In this document: piece after piece, positions 1-10,482 of the stretch
How positions within the stretch are numbered: position 1 is the first letter of the stretch
Layout of the letters: each line of letters opens with the position of its first letter
Virus record (IMG/VR): IMGVR_UViG_3300030332_001481
Span: 227,486 to 291,485 of that record
Length of the DNA: 64,000 nt
DNA from: a virus
Lineage: Duplodnaviria > Heunggongvirae > Uroviricota > Caudoviricetes
Direction: 5' to 3' (one strand)
Program-made: the position numbers and the translations under genes
Notes under the pieces: model-generated
What the model was told of the DNA's origin: nothing
The model's database searches: none
What the model saw: only the letters and a program-made list of their open reading frames with translations

Positions 1-262
1 TGTATTCCCCGCACAGCTCCCGTGCCTCTTTGACTGCCCGGTGCCGACACCGCTCGTGTGCGTAGCCGCTGTAGCGGGTCGTATCGAGGTACTCTCCGAT
101 CTCCTCACGGCTAAGATGGCCTTTGCAGACTTCGCAACGGCCAACGGACCAGCTCTTCATCTCCAAGTCAGCCCGCCACCCGTAAGCGGCCCCCTTGTAG
201 TGGATCTTACGGTCCAGACTGAGTTTCCCAAATTGGATTGCCTTATCGCCGTTTTCCATCAT
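1..262 (-). CDS. Zn-finger-like phage protein, paralog 1 (3' end runs off window)
   Basis: Not in the ORF track. Manual translation MMENGDK...RKIHYKGAAYG...LEMK...CEVCKGHL...GYAHERC...KEAREL is clearly paralogous to 821..1198. Confidence 0.75.
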   Translation of the reverse strand, partial: MMENGDKAIQFGKLSLDRKIHYKGAAYGWRADLEMKSWSVGRCEVCKGHLSREEIGEYLDTTRYSGYAHERCRHRAVKEARELCGEY

Positions 263-288
263 CTTGGCCACACCCTCCAGGTCGTGGG

Positions 289-819
289 CTAGTAGTGGTC
301 GTGGAGCAAGCCAGGTTCATGGAAGCAGAGGTTTGCGTGCGAGAGCACCACCGCCACGACGATGAATACCACGGAACCGGCGGCCACCCCGAGACAGACC
401 GCAACGCTGAGAGGGTGCGGGACAAACCCTAGCGTAGCGTTGACTAACGCCGTTGCCAGGCACACGACTACAGTCGTGGTGAGCAACCGGCTGAGACGCT
501 TCAGGGGCGCCAGCAGAGCGCTTGTGGTTTCAGGGGACTTACCCAAGTCTGACCGAATCCCATTGACCATATGCGCGTACTCTGGATCGGAGAACTCCTC
601 CCGCATCGTCACTACGATGTAGGTAGTGACATAGAACAGTAGACCTGAAAGGATGATGAACGCGTAGAACACATCTCGTCTCAGGTTGTCCCTGTACCAG
701 ACCGGAAAGTCGGCCCCACTGAGACAGTAAACACAGACGGCCACAACAGCCGCAACAATTGCCGGACAAGCATAGGCCTTGAATGCAGTCATTTCACTAC
801 TCCTTGACGTATCAGTCAT
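289..819 (-). CDS. Membrane protein, about 4 TM helices
   Basis: Four hydrophobic segments in the 176 aa ORF. Confidence 0.7.
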   Translation of the reverse strand: MTDTSRSSEMTAFKAYACPAIVAAVVAVCVYCLSGADFPVWYRDNLRRDVFYAFIILSGLLFYVTTYIVVTMREEFSDPEYAHMVNGIRSDLGKSPETTSALLAPLKRLSRLLTTTVVVCLATALVNATLGFVPHPLSVAVCLGVAAGSVVFIVVAVVLSHANLCFHEPGLLHDHY

Positions 820-820
820 C

Positions 821-1198
821 TCATCTTCCCCATGAAGAGATAAAGAACTTGGTCGGTGTGGGACAGAACTCTTCGCCCTCCGGCACGTTAGGGGTGATGG
901 TCTTGCGGTTGCGGCCCTCTCCGTTCAGTTCCCGGGCCTCTTTCGTGGCCTGACGGTGACACGACTTGTGTGCGTAACCATGGTATCTAGAGGTGCACAC
1001 ATGCACATCCGGGCCCTCCAAGTACATGCCGCCCACTATCACCCGGAGGTGACCTTTGCAGACTACACAACTGCGATCGGCCCAGTGCTTCATCTCCAGG
1101 TCGTAGGTACCTCCGTAAGCGGCCCCCTTGTAGTGGATCTTACGGGTCAGCACCTCCTTCCCCATATGAAACGTCTTCAACCTCCGGAGGGACATCAT
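821..1198 (-). CDS. Zn-finger-like phage protein, paralog 2
   Basis: CVVCKGHL...GYAHKSC...KEAREL; ATG at 1198 overlaps the upstream stop (ATGA). Confidence 0.75.
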   Translation of the reverse strand: MMSLRRLKTFHMGKEVLTRKIHYKGAAYGGTYDLEMKHWADRSCVVCKGHLRVIVGGMYLEGPDVHVCTSRYHGYAHKSCHRQATKEARELNGEGRNRKTITPNVPEGEEFCPTPTKFFISSWGR

Positions 1199-1572
1199 CT
1201 CACCTCTACCCGGGTTGGTGTCGGACCGACACCCCAATCCAGACCACTCTCGTAAGGGAGTGTCTTGTAACTGAGGCCGCGGAAGGTTTCTTTGGCCCCG
1301 TGCAGACCCCGGGCCTCTTTGAGAGCCATTCTACTGCACAGCTTATGGGCAAACCCCTGTGAGTAGCCCGTGTGGGTGTAGCTTTCCTGCGTTATTTGGA
1401 GGTGCCCTTTGCAGAATAAGCACACGCCTGTTCTGTGCCGCGTACCTGGTTTCATCTCGATGTCGAGCGCCCCGTAGTAGGGGTAGTACTTTTCGGGCGG
1501 TACGCCGTGGGGAAGCTTACGATGGACGATCTTCTTCCCCATTTGGCGCCCCTTCTCGTAGCTACAGCTCAC
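1195..1572 (-). CDS. Zn-finger-like phage protein, paralog 3
   Basis: CLFCKGHL...GFAHKLC...KEARGL. Confidence 0.7.
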   Translation of the reverse strand: MSCSYEKGRQMGKKIVHRKLPHGVPPEKYYPYYGALDIEMKPGTRHRTGVCLFCKGHLQITQESYTHTGYSQGFAHKLCSRMALKEARGLHGAKETFRGLSYKTLPYESGLDWGVGPTPTRVEVR

Positions 1573-2036
1573 CTCGCCCTCAGCCCCTGGCGCACTTCCA
1601 TGAGGAGGCGGCCCAGGTGGTTCTCACCCTTGCCCCGGCAGACGCCCCAGAACGTGTCGCCCCAGCTGTTGTCCTCGATGAGCTGCGCCGTCCCCGTGTC
1701 GAGCAGCCACGACCGCACCGGCTCGGCCTGGAACTTGAGCTGGAGAAGATCCCGCATCACGTCGACCTTCATCTCATCCCAGCCGTCCCGGAGCGTGAGA
1801 TTCTCTCCCATACGCTTGGCCTGGCCCGCGGTCTCGCACGCGTCGACCCACTCCCGCTCGTTCTCGTCCTCTGTCTTCGTAGCCTGGTAGGCGTGCTCCA
1901 CCGTGGGCCACACCCGACCCTCCCAGGTCACGACAGCGGGGTAGAAGTTCGAGAGGAAGCTGTGCCTCCCCTTGAAGGACCTGATGGGTTCAGGAACGTC
2001 GAATATCTTGTTCATGTGGGAGTCTATTCGTTTCAA
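1569..2036 (-). CDS. NADAR (YbiA-like) family protein
   Basis: FLSNFY, WPTVEHAYQATK, KF, LLDTG..LIE, DTFWG, GENHLGRLLMEVR motifs. Confidence 0.93.
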   Translation of the reverse strand: MKRIDSHMNKIFDVPEPIRSFKGRHSFLSNFYPAVVTWEGRVWPTVEHAYQATKTEDENEREWVDACETAGQAKRMGENLTLRDGWDEMKVDVMRDLLQLKFQAEPVRSWLLDTGTAQLIEDNSWGDTFWGVCRGKGENHLGRLLMEVRQGLRAR

Positions 2037-2038
2037 GC

Positions 2039-2596
2039 CTAGAAGATCACATCCACGATCCCTCGCTGGGGAGGCCCGAAGTACTTGAGGCCCTCTTCGA
2101 CGGGGTTGCTCGACGTTACGAACTCAGCGTGGCGTTTCGAGAACTCTTCACGGGCCCGATCCACCGCCCGGCGGATCAAACAACCCGCCCGGTGTAGGCT
2201 CAGGGGCTCTTGCTTGTCGCGAGACGCACCACCAATGGCGTAAGGGGTGAGTACATGCAAGTACCCCTTTACAAAGGGACGCAGATGGTGGGGCAGCTCA
2301 CTGCCCTCAAACAGGGAATGCATCTCTCTGCAGTAGTCCAGGAACTCAGGATCCGTGTGGTTGTACTCTTCGAGGAAAGCCAACTTCTCCTCTTCCGTCG
2401 TGAGACTATTCCACTTGTCGCTGGTGGCAGTGGCCGAGTCTAGACCAGACAGCGCCAGCTCCTTGTTCTCGTCCCACACCCACCGCTTGATGGGCTCGTG
2501 TGGTCCCAGGTACTGCTGGCTCGCGATCCGCCACCAGTAAGCCTCGTGTACGCTCCTGACGTTGTGGAGGAACATGTTCTTCAGATTTCTACTCAT
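2039..2596 (-). CDS. Hypothetical protein
   Basis: 185 aa ORF with GGAGG RBS, tightly packed with neighbours. Confidence 0.7.
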   Translation of the reverse strand: MSRNLKNMFLHNVRSVHEAYWWRIASQQYLGPHEPIKRWVWDENKELALSGLDSATATSDKWNSLTTEEEKLAFLEEYNHTDPEFLDYCREMHSLFEGSELPHHLRPFVKGYLHVLTPYAIGGASRDKQEPLSLHRAGCLIRRAVDRAREEFSKRHAEFVTSSNPVEEGLKYFGPPQRGIVDVIF

Positions 2597-2605
2597 TGTT
2601 TCCTC

Positions 2606-3136
2606 CTACAGTCCAAGATTCAGGTTCGGGAGAGCGGCCCCGACTTCGATCCGCACACGCTTCCCCAGGAGCGCCTGGTAGACCTCCGGGGAGGTTTCAG
2701 GGAGAAAGCAGTCATGGGGAACAATGGGGTGTGGCTCCTGGCACTCCTTGCACGGCCTCGTCTTGGGGTGACCAAAAGGGTCGTAGCCCACAGGCGGCAC
2801 AGCTACGTCAAATCGGCGCGAGTCCGGGGGAACAAACGCAGAGAACGTCGGACAGTGCCAGTTCATCCCTTCAAAGGTCACCCCCATCAGGCGCAGCTGC
2901 AGTATGATAGGTACTGAGTGATCGAAGTCCGTGGCATTTCGCCCCATGTAGCAGCTCAACGCATACTCGTCGCTGTTGTTAAATCTCCGCAAAGCGGACT
3001 TGCCAGCAGCCACCCACAGGAACTCACTGGCATGCCTCTCGGGAGTCACATAGATGAGCGTCAGGCTCTCATCCGCACCCGCACTGATGGTGCGGAGGTC
3101 TTGCGGAACTAGTACGTCGCTGTGCTTGTAATCCAT
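2606..3136 (-). CDS. Hypothetical protein
   Basis: Likely start MDYKHS at 3136; preceded by the promoter-like motif at 3174-3188. Confidence 0.65.
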   Translation of the reverse strand: MDYKHSDVLVPQDLRTISAGADESLTLIYVTPERHASEFLWVAAGKSALRRFNNSDEYALSCYMGRNATDFDHSVPIILQLRLMGVTFEGMNWHCPTFSAFVPPDSRRFDVAVPPVGYDPFGHPKTRPCKECQEPHPIVPHDCFLPETSPEVYQALLGKRVRIEVGAALPNLNLGL

Positions 3137-3173
3137 GGACTTGTCTTTCTGGGTGTGCCGTCTGCCTACCACT

Positions 3174-3188
3174 AGTATGGACAGGGTT
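3174..3188 (-). promoter_or_regulatory. Repeated promoter-like motif variant (AACCCTGTCCATACT)
   Basis: Variant of CCAACCCTGGCCAYACT, intergenic, about 40 nt upstream of a start codon. Confidence 0.5.
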
Positions 3189-3531
3189 AGCGAACCCTCA
3201 GTCGCCGATAATCTTGAACATGCGAAGCCTGCGGTTGAACCTGAGGTTGGTGCAGCCAAACAAGCTGATGGTATCCTTTGCCTCGTGCCAGAAGTAGTAG
3301 GAATCTTCACTGTACTCACTGATACCAGGCAGGATGACCTGCACAGCCTCACATGGCGCAAAGGGAAGCTCCTCCAGATCTTCCAAGCACGAGACAGTCT
3401 CACCCAAGATGGGTCCTATCGTAGATTGCTCCTGACTGTCGAAGACAGCCTTGGCTGTCTGGATTGGGTGGCTCTCCATGCAATGGAGGCAGAACATGCT
3501 CTTCATGGTCGTCACGTATTCCTGTCTATGA

Positions 3532-4008
3532 CTATACTTCATACTCTTCTCCGCCCTCTTGCCACCGAATGAACGCCAGCTCACACTCCCGGCTGCAGAT
3601 GCACTTCCGTGCGGCTTCCTTGTAGGCCACGTAGATGTCTTCACCGCAGTTCATGCACCTGCCCACCCGAACCAGGTCATCGTCCTGCACTTTACGGTAC
3701 TCCAGGACTCCGCCGGGGAACTGTTCTTCGGTGGGGTCGTAGATATCTCCGTCCGGGCCCTCACACCACCAGTGCTCGCACTCGCCCTGAGTCGCGGTGA
3801 CCGCAAACCCGGCCTGTCGCTTCAGCTCTGGGAACTGCTCCACCATTTCCTCTGTGGCGGTGGCGCACTTTGCCCGCAGAAAGGGGTTTCTGTCCTGATA
3901 GGCTCGCATCCACAGGAAGTAAGGGATCTCGGAGCGGGCCTTCTCACTGAGACCTGCGAGAATCTCTTCGGCTCTCTTGATCTTCTCTTCTTTTCCTGGT
4001 TCGCTCAT
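3532..4008 (-). CDS. Hypothetical phage protein with C-terminal CxxC...CxxxC
   Basis: HWWC...IYDPT motif and a Cys-rich tail. Confidence 0.7.
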   Translation of the reverse strand: MSEPGKEEKIKRAEEILAGLSEKARSEIPYFLWMRAYQDRNPFLRAKCATATEEMVEQFPELKRQAGFAVTATQGECEHWWCEGPDGDIYDPTEEQFPGGVLEYRKVQDDDLVRVGRCMNCGEDIYVAYKEAARKCICSRECELAFIRWQEGGEEYEV

Positions 4009-4055
4009 CCGCGCCTCACTTCTCGTCCCTACTTATAGGTGTAGGGCGACCGACT

Positions 4056-4562
4056 TTACAGGTGGAAGCGCTCAAGTGGTGTGTCGTACGCCTGCATCAA
4101 GGGATGCTTGGGGCGTCCGGCCTTTGTCGTGCCCAGGCACTGAGGCACCGCTCCGAGCCCATCCAGCCACCCGAGCATGGTCTCTGCGTGCTGGTTGAGC
4201 TTCTTGGGGAGGGCACCACCCCAAGCAACCACGACCAGCGGCTCGCCCCAACGCCGCGTCTCCGCGAAGGCGGACTCGACGTGGCGGTAATTCTCTGGTC
4301 CAACGGGATCATCTACCGTCAACAGATCCCGAGGGTGCCTGGACCTGTACGCACAGGCATTGACGACTTCCAACCCAGTGCAGCCCCACCTCGTGGCAAA
4401 GCCCCGGCACTTTCGAATTGTAGCGTCATCCACCAACGCGTCGGCCGTGCTGGGGTTGCACATGACATAGATCACGTGCCGCCCTGGACCACTTCTGCGC
4501 CACAGCCGGTAACGGTACTGCTCACACGCGGAGATAACCGCTCCCGTGATCTCAGCGGTCAC
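4056..4562 (-). CDS. DUF1643 domain protein
   Basis: YRYRLWR, MCNPSTAD...DDATIRKC, VVVAWG, CLGTTKAGRPKHPL motifs. Confidence 0.92.
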   Translation of the reverse strand: MTAEITGAVISACEQYRYRLWRRSGPGRHVIYVMCNPSTADALVDDATIRKCRGFATRWGCTGLEVVNACAYRSRHPRDLLTVDDPVGPENYRHVESAFAETRRWGEPLVVVAWGGALPKKLNQHAETMLGWLDGLGAVPQCLGTTKAGRPKHPLMQAYDTPLERFHL

Positions 4563-7173
4563 TCGTTGTCCATTTCTTTGCGTAGTCGCCTGTGGAGGGA
4601 GTCAAGAGCCCTTCGGCACATACACCGTGAGCAGGTGATCGTCAGGTCGCAGTCGTAACACACCTCTGTGCCCCCAAGGCGAGGGATTGACCTCTCCGCC
4701 CAGCGAGCCACTGCCAGTAGTTCTGGAAGGGTGTTGTGCATGAGGACGATGAGGCTGGCATCGTGCTCGCTTGCACCCTCCAGGAAGACTCCCTCCCTGC
4801 TCCCTCCAGTAACCAGGCCTACGTCCAGTCCTTGGTTGGCCTCGTTGAGCATGTTTTCGTACCACTCGATGGGATCACTCTTGCGCATCGCGTTCTCTCT
4901 TGAGGTTGCACGCTTCATAGTGTGAGCAAAGGTCCGGGGCGTTGTTGGCTGCGTCTTCCCTGCAGAAGTGCATGTCGTAGGGCTCGTGACCTTGGTGCTC
5001 GGTAAAGACCTGGGCAGCCGCGCAGTTGCACACCGCCTCGAACTCCTTGACGACCGTAGGCGGATCGTCCGGGTCATCATACTTCTTGTGGAGGTCGAGG
5101 TGCTGAGCCTCGATGAGCCCCGCGCTGAACTTCCCGACTCGGATCAGGTACTTAGGCATCCTCTGGTTCCACCGTGTCCAGCACAGGTCCCAGCGCCTCG
5201 ATGATGACGCGGACCGCGTTGGGACTCATCCCCCTGCCTCGTACGCCCTGTCCCTGCACCGGCTCGGTAGCGCGGCATGCGTCGTCGTAGAGCTGCTGAG
5301 CCGCATCAACTACCAGCATGAGTCGGCCAATCGTGTTGGCTCGCTCGTGCAGGCTATCGTGCAGGCCGCGAAGCTTCGCACGAAGACGCTTGATCTCAGC
5401 CTCGGCCGCTCTCTCCCGCTGAATGTGGTCTTCCAGCTCGTCGTCAAAGTCGTCGTCAAAGTCGTCGTCGAAGTCATTCATGCGTCCCCTCCCCTCGCAA
5501 CCAGCGCAGCAGTGCCTCCAGGGCGAGGACCCACTCGACACGGGCCGTTGCTACTAGCCGGACTCGATCGACCCGGTCCTTGTTGTAACGTGCCACTGCG
5601 CGACCTTCCTCCCACTTAGCCATGTTTGAATGGACGTAGGCCTCCACGGCCCAGTGGTTGGCGTCGCCATAGTATGCCGCGTCAGACATTTCGTCTCTAT
5701 AAACTTTCATTGGAAGTTCTCCTGTCTCGCCACTTCAACCACCGGACGAGGCGATTGCGCACCTTCAGGTAGTAGGTGTTGTCCTCGTACCCCATATCAT
5801 CTATGGGGCAGCCTTCACCGTCGTATGAAACGATCTGGAGGAACATCCTCTCGTGAAGGTCGCAGCGCTCTCCCAACCTGTCACACTCGCAGTGACTGAA
5901 GATGATCTTCTTGGCCCACGCAATGTAGGCGGAATGGGCGCTCAAGTACCGCCGGTTTATGCCAGGTGCGCGGTATGTAGGCCTGTTCTCTACGATCATG
6001 TGTGCTTCAGTCACCAGTCTATCTCCATTCTGAATCCGAAAGGCTTGACCCTCTCCCCTTCGTCAAACCTACGAACCCAGCGTTCCACCACGGCAGGTGT
6101 TTCCCACGTGAGTTCATCGCCGTCGTCATCCCATTCCGGCGGGATGACGATCCTCTTGCGGCTCACCTCGACATGGGCTCGCTGCAGGGCTCTTTTGGTC
6201 GCAAGAGCGACAGGGCACCAGAGAGCGCTCGCCCGCCTGCCAAGGGCGATGTCCCTCTCCGTGACCTCTACCATGACCCAGGTCTTTTCTCTTTCAGTCA
6301 CGGTCACTCATCAGTAAGCCCTAGCAGTTCCCGCTCCTGCGACGTCAGCTTTGCCAGAGCTGCTGCGCGTGCCTTGCGCTCCTGCTCGGCCTCATACTTG
6401 GGCCTGTACTCCCGCCACCACGCGAACACCTTGTCGTTTTCGGTTTTTCCGTGATCCGCCCACCCGTACATCCGGTAGCAAGCCTCTACCAGCATGGAGC
6501 GAAGCTCATCACACTCGGCCTCCAGGCCTGCAGTCGGGCCGGCGTCGTCTTCACCGCTGTCGTCTTCCTCGAAGATGTTGCGGAATGTTCCCTTTTCCAG
6601 GGAAATGATGTTGAGTGGGTGGTTATCGTGCCAGTTCACCTCTTCAGTGCTCATCTCCATGACACTCGGACGCATGCAATGGTTGGGGTACTTAGTCTCC
6701 TGCAGTACCCGCTTTACCTCTTCTGCGCCTAGCCTGTCGTGGTCGACAACCATCAACACGACGCGATGGACTTCAGTGGGGATGTACGTACTCTTGCGAT
6801 TCATGGTTTGGTACTCTTTCTGTGCTTCTTGAGGTAGCGCTTGCGGCCTGCGGCAAGGAACTTCGCGTGCTGCTGCAAGTACCAGCCTTGCATGGGGCCA
6901 CGCCAAAATTGACTGACGTTCTTGGTGTTTCTCTTGTTTCTGCGGGGCCTGAGCGTGATGGCGTAACGCTTCGCGGTTGCCACGACGTTATCCCGGATGA
7001 GCTTAGGACAGTGAGGTAGAGCCGCCGACAGCAGCCGTCTCAAGAGTTCATTTTCATCCTCGAACGACACAGGAAACGAGTCCACGCCCTCCAATGCGTC
7101 AATTACCTCAGGGTAGAACAGTGCTTCCCCTGTGTCCGGGTCGAACTTCGTGGTGATACGGATCAACCTAACG

Positions 7174-7584
7174 CTAGCTTCGGTCACGGACAGCGTCTCG
7201 AATTTGCTCATAGATACTGAGGAGCTGAAGATTGGAAAGCCGGTCTAAGGGGTAGGTGGAGATCCGGTCGAAGACTTCCTCGTGGTCTGGCGGCCAGCTA
7301 TGCCAACCGTCCATGCTGGTCCAGTTGCCTGTCACAGTGGCCTTGCCCGTGTACCCGTCGTCATCTTCTTGCACCTTACGCTCGATTTTGACCGTGAGGT
7401 CACCTGATGCCTCTACGTGGGTGATGTTCCAGCATCCGTGTTCATTCAGGTATACGCGGAATACATCTTTGTACCCATCAGAACTCTCTAGTACCACGAA
7501 CCCAGGACCGCCGAACTCTTCTCGTTCGTCCCCTTCGATCTCGATGCGGTCGTCGCTGCTACCAGTAATGACAATCGTCTTCAT
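7174..7584 (-). CDS. Hypothetical phage protein
   Basis: N-terminal ITGSSDDRIEIEG.EEF motif common in phage hypotheticals. Confidence 0.65.
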   Translation of the reverse strand: MKTIVITGSSDDRIEIEGDEREEFGGPGFVVLESSDGYKDVFRVYLNEHGCWNITHVEASGDLTVKIERKVQEDDDGYTGKATVTGNWTSMDGWHSWPPDHEEVFDRISTYPLDRLSNLQLLSIYEQIRDAVRDRS

Positions 7585-7597
7585 GATGGCCCTTCTC

Positions 7598-8212
7598 TCA
7601 GAACATTGAAGAGCTGGGCTTGGTGACTAGGGAGATCCCAGGAGGTGGCTCCCCGAATTGCTCGATCGCGTTCTTCCAGAACTCACGGTTCTGGGCAACT
7701 CGGTCACGGCGGTAGCTGTATCGTTCCTCCGCGTTGCGTAGCTGGAAGGCAGCTGACCTCAGCTCTGACTGCTTGTACTCTTCGTAGTCCATGATGGGCT
7801 GGAAACCACTAAAAGTCTCTTCACGTACCAGTTTTTCGTGCCACTCGATTTGGTCCCGAAGAATGGGAGGTGCTTTGTCGTACGCCTTGCGAGCCTGCTT
7901 TCGCATCGACTCCAAACGCCCCCTACGCAGCCCTTCTTCGTGCCACGCGGCGCGCTTGTCGTTCCACTCCCTCGTGCGTCGGCAGTAATCCTCGTACTCC
8001 TCTCGGAGTTGCTCTTCCGACTTCGCTTCTTGTACGGCAAGCTCAGCCCGCTCTATGTCGACCTTTTGCTGCTCGTACTCCTCATCCCACTCGAAACGGA
8101 CAAGGGGCTCATCCGGATAACCCCGGCGGTTGAGGGACACTATGTGCCAGAAGAAGTCCTTGTACTCCGTGATCTTACCTTCAGCGACAGGGTCAGTGAA
8201 TTCGTCGAACAT
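7598..8212 (-). CDS. Coiled-coil hypothetical protein
   Basis: 204 aa, E/R/K-rich helical ORF. Confidence 0.65.
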   Translation of the reverse strand: MFDEFTDPVAEGKITEYKDFFWHIVSLNRRGYPDEPLVRFEWDEEYEQQKVDIERAELAVQEAKSEEQLREEYEDYCRRTREWNDKRAAWHEEGLRRGRLESMRKQARKAYDKAPPILRDQIEWHEKLVREETFSGFQPIMDYEEYKQSELRSAAFQLRNAEERYSYRRDRVAQNREFWKNAIEQFGEPPPGISLVTKPSSSMF

Positions 8213-9057
8213 CTTCTATTCCTCTTCCTCTTCGGGGTACGGGCCGTACTCGGAATGCTGCCCCAAAGTGAAGCCCTCGGCATAGCCTTGGGCAAAGCCA
8301 GAATCAATAAGAGTTTGGGACAATTCGGAGTGGTGCCGCCATTTATCAAGCAACAGCCATACCGCACAGGCTAGCTGTAGCCACGCCCACCCGGTGCGGC
8401 CTTCCCCAAAGTTCAGACCTGCACCGAACGCCATGATGGCTGCCCAGGTCATTTGAAAGGGGGAACCCCACCGATCGAACCAGTAGAGAACGCGCTCCAG
8501 GTTGTTGTAGAACCAGACTTTGATCTTCCGGGGGATTACTCGCATGGGATTGTCACATTCTGACCATTTGGGAAGTAGTAGTTGATGCTGAAATTCTCGA
8601 TGAGCACGCGCTCCGCTCGCGACCACAACCTCAGGTTTTGGTTGGGCACGTACGCGTATTTAGCGGGCAGTGGCTCTGAGGGCCCATCTCTGTCCTTGAG
8701 AACGATCATGGTGTCTCCGACATGAGCCGCTGGGGCGGCTCGCAATGCAGTTGCTTGGGTGGTGTCTCCACCTGAACCTGCAGGAACGAAACCTTGTGTG
8801 GTTGGGGCGACATGAGGTGTTTGTACGTCACAATGTACGCACCCAAGGCGCAGCCCAAGATGACGAGGACGAGGGCTCTCAGGCGATAGATCATGTTATC
8901 CCTGAGAGCCTCAAGGTTCGCAGCCGCGTCGGCCTCTAACGCTTCCACCTGACATTTGAGGTACTCGACCTGGCTTCGCAGTGCCGTGACAGGGTCTGAG
9001 CGGTAGGGTCCTGGGTCAGGTGGTGCGGGCGGAAGCGGGGGAATAGGATCGATCATA

Positions 9058-9738
9058 TTACTCCTCTACGACCACGAGGTCGCGGTCCGGGTGTTTTGCG
9101 CGGAAGTCTTCAAGACTCAGTTCCCAGTACGAGAAGAAGTCTCTGTGGTCTGGGTAGTGCGTGGAGAGCCACGTAGCTACTTCGTCGAAGTCTGTCCCCT
9201 GCTTGAAGAAGTCATTGTCGTCGGCACTGAAGGTGAACTCTTTCAGTACGAGGACCATCCCTGGCTGCTGCTCCTTCCGCGGGAGGGAAGCCTCTACACG
9301 CACATGAAGAATGCCTTTGTCGTAGTCTCTGTATGACTTGCAGGCATTGATTCGACGCGCCGGGCTCATACCCGCTCGCCGATCGTAGATCGCAGCTTTG
9401 TAGAACATCCCGAGACGATGGAAGCCCCTGTCATCGACAACAACGCTGTACATGTCGTGAGCCACCGCGCGCTTACTCCACCCAGAAGGAAGAGTAACCG
9501 GGCGGAAGATCGGGTCGTCTGGGTAAGGTTCCCCGAACTCGAACCCAAGAGACTCTAGTCCTGCCTCGACGTAAGCATCATCCCAGGGGTACAGGTCCTC
9601 CCACTTCGTAGGGAGACTGTTACTCTGGACGAGCTGCAGCTGCCCACGGGCCTCTTGTCTTTCGATAGCTCCCTCTTCTCCTCCCGAGAAGATTTCCAGC
9701 AGTAGCAGAGACCCATCTTCCTTGTCCGGCTTTTCCAT
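9058..9738 (-). CDS. Conserved phage hypothetical protein
   Basis: Strong RBS (AAGGAGG); AIERQEARGQ...LGFEFG...LPSGW...FYKAAIYDR motifs. Confidence 0.75.
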   Translation of the reverse strand: MEKPDKEDGSLLLLEIFSGGEEGAIERQEARGQLQLVQSNSLPTKWEDLYPWDDAYVEAGLESLGFEFGEPYPDDPIFRPVTLPSGWSKRAVAHDMYSVVVDDRGFHRLGMFYKAAIYDRRAGMSPARRINACKSYRDYDKGILHVRVEASLPRKEQQPGMVLVLKEFTFSADDNDFFKQGTDFDEVATWLSTHYPDHRDFFSYWELSLEDFRAKHPDRDLVVVEE

Positions 9739-9760
9739 GTTTCCTCCTTCTCTACTCTCT

Positions 9761-9777
9761 AGTATGGCCAGGGTTGG
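9761..9777 (-). promoter_or_regulatory. Repeated promoter-like motif CCAACCCTGGCCATACT
   Basis: Intergenic, about 22 nt upstream of ATG 9738; identical copy at 17709. Confidence 0.6.
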
Positions 9778-10482
9778 TCAGTCGCATTCGGAGTCGCCGA
9801 GGTAACCTCTCGACGGGTCTCGCTGGTACGCGTCCCACACAGTCCCATCCACCGTCATGCCGTCGTAGACGGGTGTGGTTCTAGCCTTCGCTTCGTCCAT
9901 GAGGACAACCTCGTAGTCCTCCGGGGCCGGGATCTCCGACTCGTCGAGTTCGTACACGTTCCTGAGGTACTCGTCTACGACGCTCACGGCGTCCTCTTCG
10001 TCGTAAGCGTGTACCCAATACTGTACATGCCCATCGTCCAGGGAGTAGATCTTTTTGGTCTGCTCAGTCATTCTCTGGCTCCTTGAAGTTGTTGAACTTA
10101 CGGAACTCTTCCCAGTTGGACATCCACTCCGTGGGGTCCCAGGGGTATTCACCATCCCTATGTGCCTGCATCTCCTCTTCCGTGGCGAGGCGGCACTCAT
10201 CGATGATGACCTCTTCGTCGTAATCGTAACCGTAATAGGTCCAGAGCTTGTAGTGCTCCAGGTGGAAGTCGACTACGTGAACTCCGTCCTTGAAGTCATA
10301 TCCCACGAAGTAATGGTACAGCTCCTGGCAATCCTCCATGTACTCCAACGGGGCACCAATACTGTCCAGGACAATGTGGACTCCAGCAGTACTGGCGATT
10401 AGGGCTCTTGCGTCTTTCCTGCGCCACTCAGGCTGAAGACGCGAATCCTCTGCCCCTTGGATCCCAGTCGAGGTGGTGAGTT

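Noticed and set aside
5438-5476. GTC-rich repeat
   Set aside because: Simply encodes DDDFDDDFDD low complexity.
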